Shown: positions 59,807 through 64,000 of the stretch, piece by piece
Layout: each line of letters begins with the position of its first letter
How positions within the stretch are numbered: the stretch's first letter is position 1
Assembly (NCBI GenBank): GCA_965223865.1
Contig: OZ245020.1
Location: 480,001 to 544,000, forward strand
Origin: Nitrosarchaeum sp.
GTDB taxonomy: Archaea; Thermoproteota; Nitrososphaeria; Nitrososphaerales; Nitrosopumilaceae
DNA length: 64,000 bases
Reading direction: 5' to 3'
The notes under the pieces: model-generated
Database searches by the model: none
Seen by the model: the letters and a program-made list of their open reading frames with translations, nothing else
What the model was told of the DNA's origin: nothing
Translations under genes and position numbers: made by a program

Positions 59807-60475
59807 ATGATTTCTCTAATCCTTGCAGAATCTTCCTTAGAGCTAGTGCCTGAAGAATTGGAATCTCGTCCTTCAGTAATTTCACATGCACAAAAACTTG
59901 GCAAGAAATCCTCTGAAATCTTACTTGATAATTCTTGGCACTTTGCAGCAATGAAAGGAATAAAAAATGAAATCAAACGAGGAAGACCTGATCTTGTTCA
60001 TTTTTCTATCTTAGAAGCAACGACAATTCCTCTATACTTCCAGAAAAGAATCAAAGTTTTCATCCATACAATTAATGATAAAGTAATTGAAATTGGTGAA
60101 AATGTCTACATTCCCAAATCATATCATAGATTTGCAGGTTTGTTTGAAAAATTATTTTCTGAAAAAATCATCAAAGTAGATAATCAAGAGCTATTATCAA
60201 TAAAAGATCAATCATTTTCAGAGTTAATTGATAAAATAAATCCCTCACAAATTATTGGATTGTCAACTACAGGAAAACCAAGTACATTTGAAAAAGTTAG
60301 TACCAATCTAACAGATAAATCATGTATTGTGGTAGGTGGATTTCAAAAAGGGCATTTTTCTGATTCAATCAAAAACAAATTTTCTCATGTATTTTCTGTT
60401 GGAGATATATCTTTAGAAGCACATGTGGTAGTAGCTAGAATGCTTTACGAGTATGAAAAAACCATTTTTATGTAG
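59807..60475 (+). CDS. nep1: 16S rRNA pseudouridine N1-methyltransferase Nep1
   Basis: RGRPDLVH, IPKSYHRFAGL, VGGFQKGHF. Confidence 0.93.
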   Translation: MISLILAESSLELVPEELESRPSVISHAQKLGKKSSEILLDNSWHFAAMKGIKNEIKRGRPDLVHFSILEATTIPLYFQKRIKVFIHTINDKVIEIGENVYIPKSYHRFAGLFEKLFSEKIIKVDNQELLSIKDQSFSELIDKINPSQIIGLSTTGKPSTFEKVSTNLTDKSCIVVGGFQKGHFSDSIKNKFSHVFSVGDISLEAHVVVARMLYEYEKTIFM

Positions 60476-60497
60476 GAAAAAAAATTTGATTTTTTGT

Positions 60498-60571
60498 GCA
60501 GTCATAGTATAGCCTGGTTAGTATTCGGGGTTTCCAACCCTGTGACGCGGGTTCGAATCCCGCTGACTGCA
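60498..60571 (+). tRNA. tRNA-Gly(TCC)
   Basis: GCAGTCA/TGACTGC acceptor stem, anticodon loop TT-TCC-AA, GGTTCGAATCC T-arm; no intron, CCA not encoded. Confidence 0.96.
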
Positions 60572-60616
60572 TATCTTAAAGATAACCAATTTTTAGGTGT
60601 AAATTGAATAATTACC

Positions 60617-60919
60617 ATGAAACCCGCAATTAGAGCAATTGCACTTGAAAGAATGCAAATTCTAATTGACAATGCAATTTCTAATGTAATAACAAATCCA
60701 AAACTTTCTCAACGTCAAGCTTTACTTGCTCGCAAGATTAGCATGAGACACAAGATCCAAATGCCCTATGATCTTAGAATGGTTTTCTGTAAAAAATGTA
60801 AATCATTTATCGCTCCAGGAATAAATTCAAAAATTCGTCTAGGACGAACATCAATTAAGTCGATCAGAATTTCCTGTAACTTATGTGGCCATACCTATCG
60901 GAAAATAATATCTCAATGA
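60617..60919 (+). CDS. rnp4: Ribonuclease P protein subunit Rpp21
   Basis: IALERMQIL, FCKKC...PG, CNLCG. Confidence 0.92.
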   Translation: MKPAIRAIALERMQILIDNAISNVITNPKLSQRQALLARKISMRHKIQMPYDLRMVFCKKCKSFIAPGINSKIRLGRTSIKSIRISCNLCGHTYRKIISQ

Positions 60920-60950
60920 TTTATAAGACGATTATCGATTTTTTTTCTTC

Positions 60951-61403
60951 ATGGCAAAGGTATACGACGTTCCGGCTGACGTATTAATTGGAAAACTGGC
61001 AGAGATTTTGAAGAATGAGGACATCCCTGCCCCATCTTGGATTCCATTTGTAAAAACTGGAGCTCATGCAGACAAGCCTCCTCAAGATAGAGAATGGTGG
61101 CATACTAGGTGTGCATCAATTTTGAGAAAAATTTACCTTCATGGTCCAATTGGAATAAATGAATTAAGAAAAGATTATGGTGGTGGTAAACCATCAGGAT
61201 ATGGTGCTGCTCATCACAAAGATGCAGGTGGTGCAATAATTCGAAATGCAATTCATGGGTTAGAAAAACTTGGTTATGTTGAAAAAGTTGAAAAGAAAGG
61301 CCGTGTTGTTTCAAAACAAGGAATGCAAAAACTAGACAGATTAGCAACAGAAATTCTTAGTGAGTTAGTAGCTGAAAATCCACAGCTAAAAGTCTACTCT
61401 TAG
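60951..61403 (+). CDS. rps19e: 30S ribosomal protein S19e
   Basis: VYDVPAD, WIPFVKTG, WWHTRCASILRKIY. Confidence 0.97.
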   Translation: MAKVYDVPADVLIGKLAEILKNEDIPAPSWIPFVKTGAHADKPPQDREWWHTRCASILRKIYLHGPIGINELRKDYGGGKPSGYGAAHHKDAGGAIIRNAIHGLEKLGYVEKVEKKGRVVSKQGMQKLDRLATEILSELVAENPQLKVYS

Positions 61404-61410
61404 ATTAAAA

Positions 61411-61692
61411 ATGAGTTCTCCTGAGTCTGATGATTTTCAGGAAAAACAAAATAGTCAAGATCTATCAGCACAAAAAGAACAGATTCTTAAACAAATTTTG
61501 GCACCTGGAGCAAGAATGAGATTAAATAACATCAAGATGGTAAAACCTGAACTTTCAGACCTTGTTGAACAATATCTAATCGGATTAGCTTCTCAAGGAA
61601 AAATGCACTCTCAAATCTCCGACGATCAACTCAAGCAAATCTTGCTTTCAATCCAACAACCTAAACGAGATTTTAAGATAAATCGAATATGA
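61411..61692 (+). CDS. PDCD5-family dsDNA-binding protein
   Basis: ILKQIL...ARMRLNNIKMVKPEL...VEQYLI; usual rps19e neighbour. Confidence 0.92.
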   Translation: MSSPESDDFQEKQNSQDLSAQKEQILKQILAPGARMRLNNIKMVKPELSDLVEQYLIGLASQGKMHSQISDDQLKQILLSIQQPKRDFKINRI

Positions 61693-61733
61693 TCTAAGAT
61701 AAAATATAATTATGGGCAAGGCTTCGAAAAAAT

Positions 61734-62813
61734 ATGAAAGCCGTAGTATACAATGAATACGCACCAGATGATAATTATGCTAAAATCCTCAAAGTCCAGG
61801 ATATAGATGAACCAAAACCTAAAGCTGATGAAGTCATTTTCACCAACAAGGCATCCGCCCTAAATTACAACGATATTTGGGGTATGAGAGGAGTTCCTGT
61901 TGCAGTTCCTCTTCCACACGTATCAGGCTCTGATGTTGCCGGTGATGTAATCGCAGTGGGTGAAGATGTCAAGAATTTCAAAGTGGGAGATAGAGTTGTA
62001 TCTCATTCTAATTTAGCATGCAGAGTATGTAAAGCATGTACAGACGGAAGAGAATTTGACTGTGTTAAGAGACAGGTTTGGGGATTCCAAACAGGACCTC
62101 TTTGGGGAGCTTATTCTGAACAGATTCATTTACCAGAAGTCAACGTTTCAAAAATTCCAGACAATCTGTCATATGATGAAGCAGCAGCTGCATCCATGAC
62201 TATTCTTACGGCATGGCACATGCTTGTAGGTCGTGCAAAGATCACCCCAGGACAAACTGTCCTAATCATGGGTGGTGGTTCTGGTGTTGGAAGCTTTGGA
62301 ATTCAAATCGCAAAGTTATACCAATGTGATGTTATTGCAACTGCAAGTCCAGACAAACTGGATAAATGTTTAGAACTTGGTGCAGATTATGCAGTAGACC
62401 ACAGAAAAGACGACTGGAGCAAAGAAGTTTTCAAGATCTCCAAAGAAATTGCCAAAACAAAAGGTGAAGCACCTGGAATTGATGTTACATTTGATCATAT
62501 TGGTGAAACTCACTTCAACAAGCAACTAACATTACTCAAGTATGGTGCATCTCTTGTCTCATGTGGTGCTACCACAGGTTATGACGCAAAAATAGATCTT
62601 AGACACATATTCTTCAAAGGAATTAACGTCTTAGGCTCAACACAAGGAACAAAAGCCGAACTTGATCAAGGCTTGTATTGGATGGGTCAAGGAAAGATTA
62701 AGGCTGCCATTGACTCTGTCTATACATTTGAGCAAGCAGCAGAGGCACATACTAAGATGGTGACCGGAAAAGGTCTCTTTGGCAAAATCTTAATGAAGCC
62801 AGAGGGCGCTTAG
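61734..62813 (+). CDS. MDR-family Zn-binding dehydrogenase, candidate acryloyl-CoA reductase of the 3HP/4HB cycle
   Basis: PHVSGSD, structural Zn CRVCKAC...C, GGGSGVG; specific function inferred from AOA pathway knowledge. Confidence 0.8.
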   Translation: MKAVVYNEYAPDDNYAKILKVQDIDEPKPKADEVIFTNKASALNYNDIWGMRGVPVAVPLPHVSGSDVAGDVIAVGEDVKNFKVGDRVVSHSNLACRVCKACTDGREFDCVKRQVWGFQTGPLWGAYSEQIHLPEVNVSKIPDNLSYDEAAAASMTILTAWHMLVGRAKITPGQTVLIMGGGSGVGSFGIQIAKLYQCDVIATASPDKLDKCLELGADYAVDHRKDDWSKEVFKISKEIAKTKGEAPGIDVTFDHIGETHFNKQLTLLKYGASLVSCGATTGYDAKIDLRHIFFKGINVLGSTQGTKAELDQGLYWMGQGKIKAAIDSVYTFEQAAEAHTKMVTGKGLFGKILMKPEGA

Positions 62814-62820
62814 TCATTTA

Positions 62821-63675
62821 ATGACACAGCTTTTCCGGAGTCTCATTTTTGTTCCAGGGAACAATTCTAGATTCCTAGAAAAAGCTAAAACCCTCAAAGC
62901 AGACATTGTATGTTTTGATTTGGAGGATTCAGTTCCAGATTCAGAAAAAAGAAATGCCAGACAACTAATCAAGACTGCACTGAAATCTCGTTCATCTTAT
63001 TTGTCCTCAATTTTTGTTAGAACAAATTCCCCCTTTTCAGGTAGAATACCTGATGATCTTAAAGAAATTATACAAAAAGGAATTGATGGAATTGTCGTAC
63101 CAAAAGTTAACAATGTTACAGAGATGAAAAAAATTGAAAAAATTATTTCAAAATTAGAAAAATCAAGAAAATTAAAACCAATACAAGTTATTCCATCAAT
63201 CGAGTCAGCTGAAGGTGTCGTCAATACCTACAATATTGCTTCATTTAGCAAACGAGTTTCCGCAATTGTGTTTGGTGTTTTTGATCTATTAAATGATCTA
63301 GGAATTGAATATACAAAAAATCCTGAAGGTGGGAAATATTCTCGTTCAAAGATACCTGTTGATGCAAAAGCAGTAGGCATTGCATCTATTGATGCAATTT
63401 GGCAAGACCTTAAAGATCTTAAAGGTTTGGAAAAAGATTGTAAAATTGGAAAAAGTTTAGGTTATACTGGAAAAAGCATTATACATCCAGACCAAATTGA
63501 AATAACTCATAAAATATTTCATCCGACCAAAACTGAAATCCTGTGGGCAGAAAAAGTTTGCCAGACATACGAGAAATCTATCAAAAAAGGAAAGGGCGCA
63601 ACTACAATAGAAGGAAAAATGATTGATGAGGTTCATTACAAGCAAGCCAAAGCCGTTCTTGAATTAGTAAAATAA
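62821..63675 (+). CDS. CitE-like (HpcH/HpaI) CoA-ester lyase
   Basis: RSLIFVPGN, DLEDSV, VPKV, GKSIIHPDQI, GKMIDEVH. Confidence 0.92.
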   Translation: MTQLFRSLIFVPGNNSRFLEKAKTLKADIVCFDLEDSVPDSEKRNARQLIKTALKSRSSYLSSIFVRTNSPFSGRIPDDLKEIIQKGIDGIVVPKVNNVTEMKKIEKIISKLEKSRKLKPIQVIPSIESAEGVVNTYNIASFSKRVSAIVFGVFDLLNDLGIEYTKNPEGGKYSRSKIPVDAKAVGIASIDAIWQDLKDLKGLEKDCKIGKSLGYTGKSIIHPDQIEITHKIFHPTKTEILWAEKVCQTYEKSIKKGKGATTIEGKMIDEVHYKQAKAVLELVK

Positions 63676-63887
63676 TTTAACTTGAAATTTTAGCTATAGA
63701 TATATCCAAAAATTGATAGTCTAAATTTGAATATATTTTTAAATTAAATTTCAAAAAATATACTTCTATAGATACAGACTCTGGTTGTTATCTTGTCTTT
63801 AATAGAATAGAATAAAGGCAATAAAATTCTATTATTTTATGATTAAAACTGATAAATCTACTTGATCCAACTGCAATTATTACTAGA

Positions 63888-64000
63888 ATGTTTGAAGCAG
63901 AAAAATATGATGACATGCTAGTTTATTGTAAAAAACTACTTGAAAACAACCCTGAAGATATGCTTGGTCTTCAAAACACTGCTTTGTCTTTATTATATCT
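63888..64000 (+). CDS. TPR-repeat protein, 3' truncated by the window edge
   Basis: KYDDMLVYCKKLLENNPEDMLGLQNTALSL is TPR-like. Confidence 0.6.
   Translation, partial: MFEAEKYDDMLVYCKKLLENNPEDMLGLQNTALSLLY

Overview
AT-rich chromosomal window from an ammonia-oxidising archaeon, most likely Nitrosopumilaceae. The evidence is PEFG-CTERM and CFI-box-CTERM proteins, a split A-type ATP synthase locus with amt/P-II, rps19e, nep1, rnp4 and 3HP/4HB-type enzymes. The core genes are tmk, pyrH, pyrBI, atpCIEABDK, thiolase/DUF35, nrdJ and tRNA-Gly. Two accessory regions interrupt them. The first (about 5-11.6 kb) is a decaying stress/metal patch with several uncalled Cys-rich microproteins. The second (about 31-50 kb) is an extracellular copper-handling island. 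It holds CopCD, a cupredoxin, seven secreted proteins predicted to begin with His1, a frameshifted secreted metallothionein-like fusion protein (about 48 Cys), a DsbA-like protein and a His-rich membrane protein/wHTH pair with a candidate GTAC-N11-GTAC operator. Highlights: (1) an 88-bp intragenic inversion that silences a secreted protein and, when flipped, restores a 252-aa ORF; (2) 138-bp inverted repeats around a 3.3-kb segment; (3) a wHTH + ATP-cone + catalytically dead class III ribonucleotide reductase directly upstream of nrdJ, a candidate dNTP-sensing regulator; (4) a candidate structured ncRNA after nrdJ. No CRISPR array, transposase, integrase or rRNA was seen. All calls come from reading the sequence; no database searches were run.
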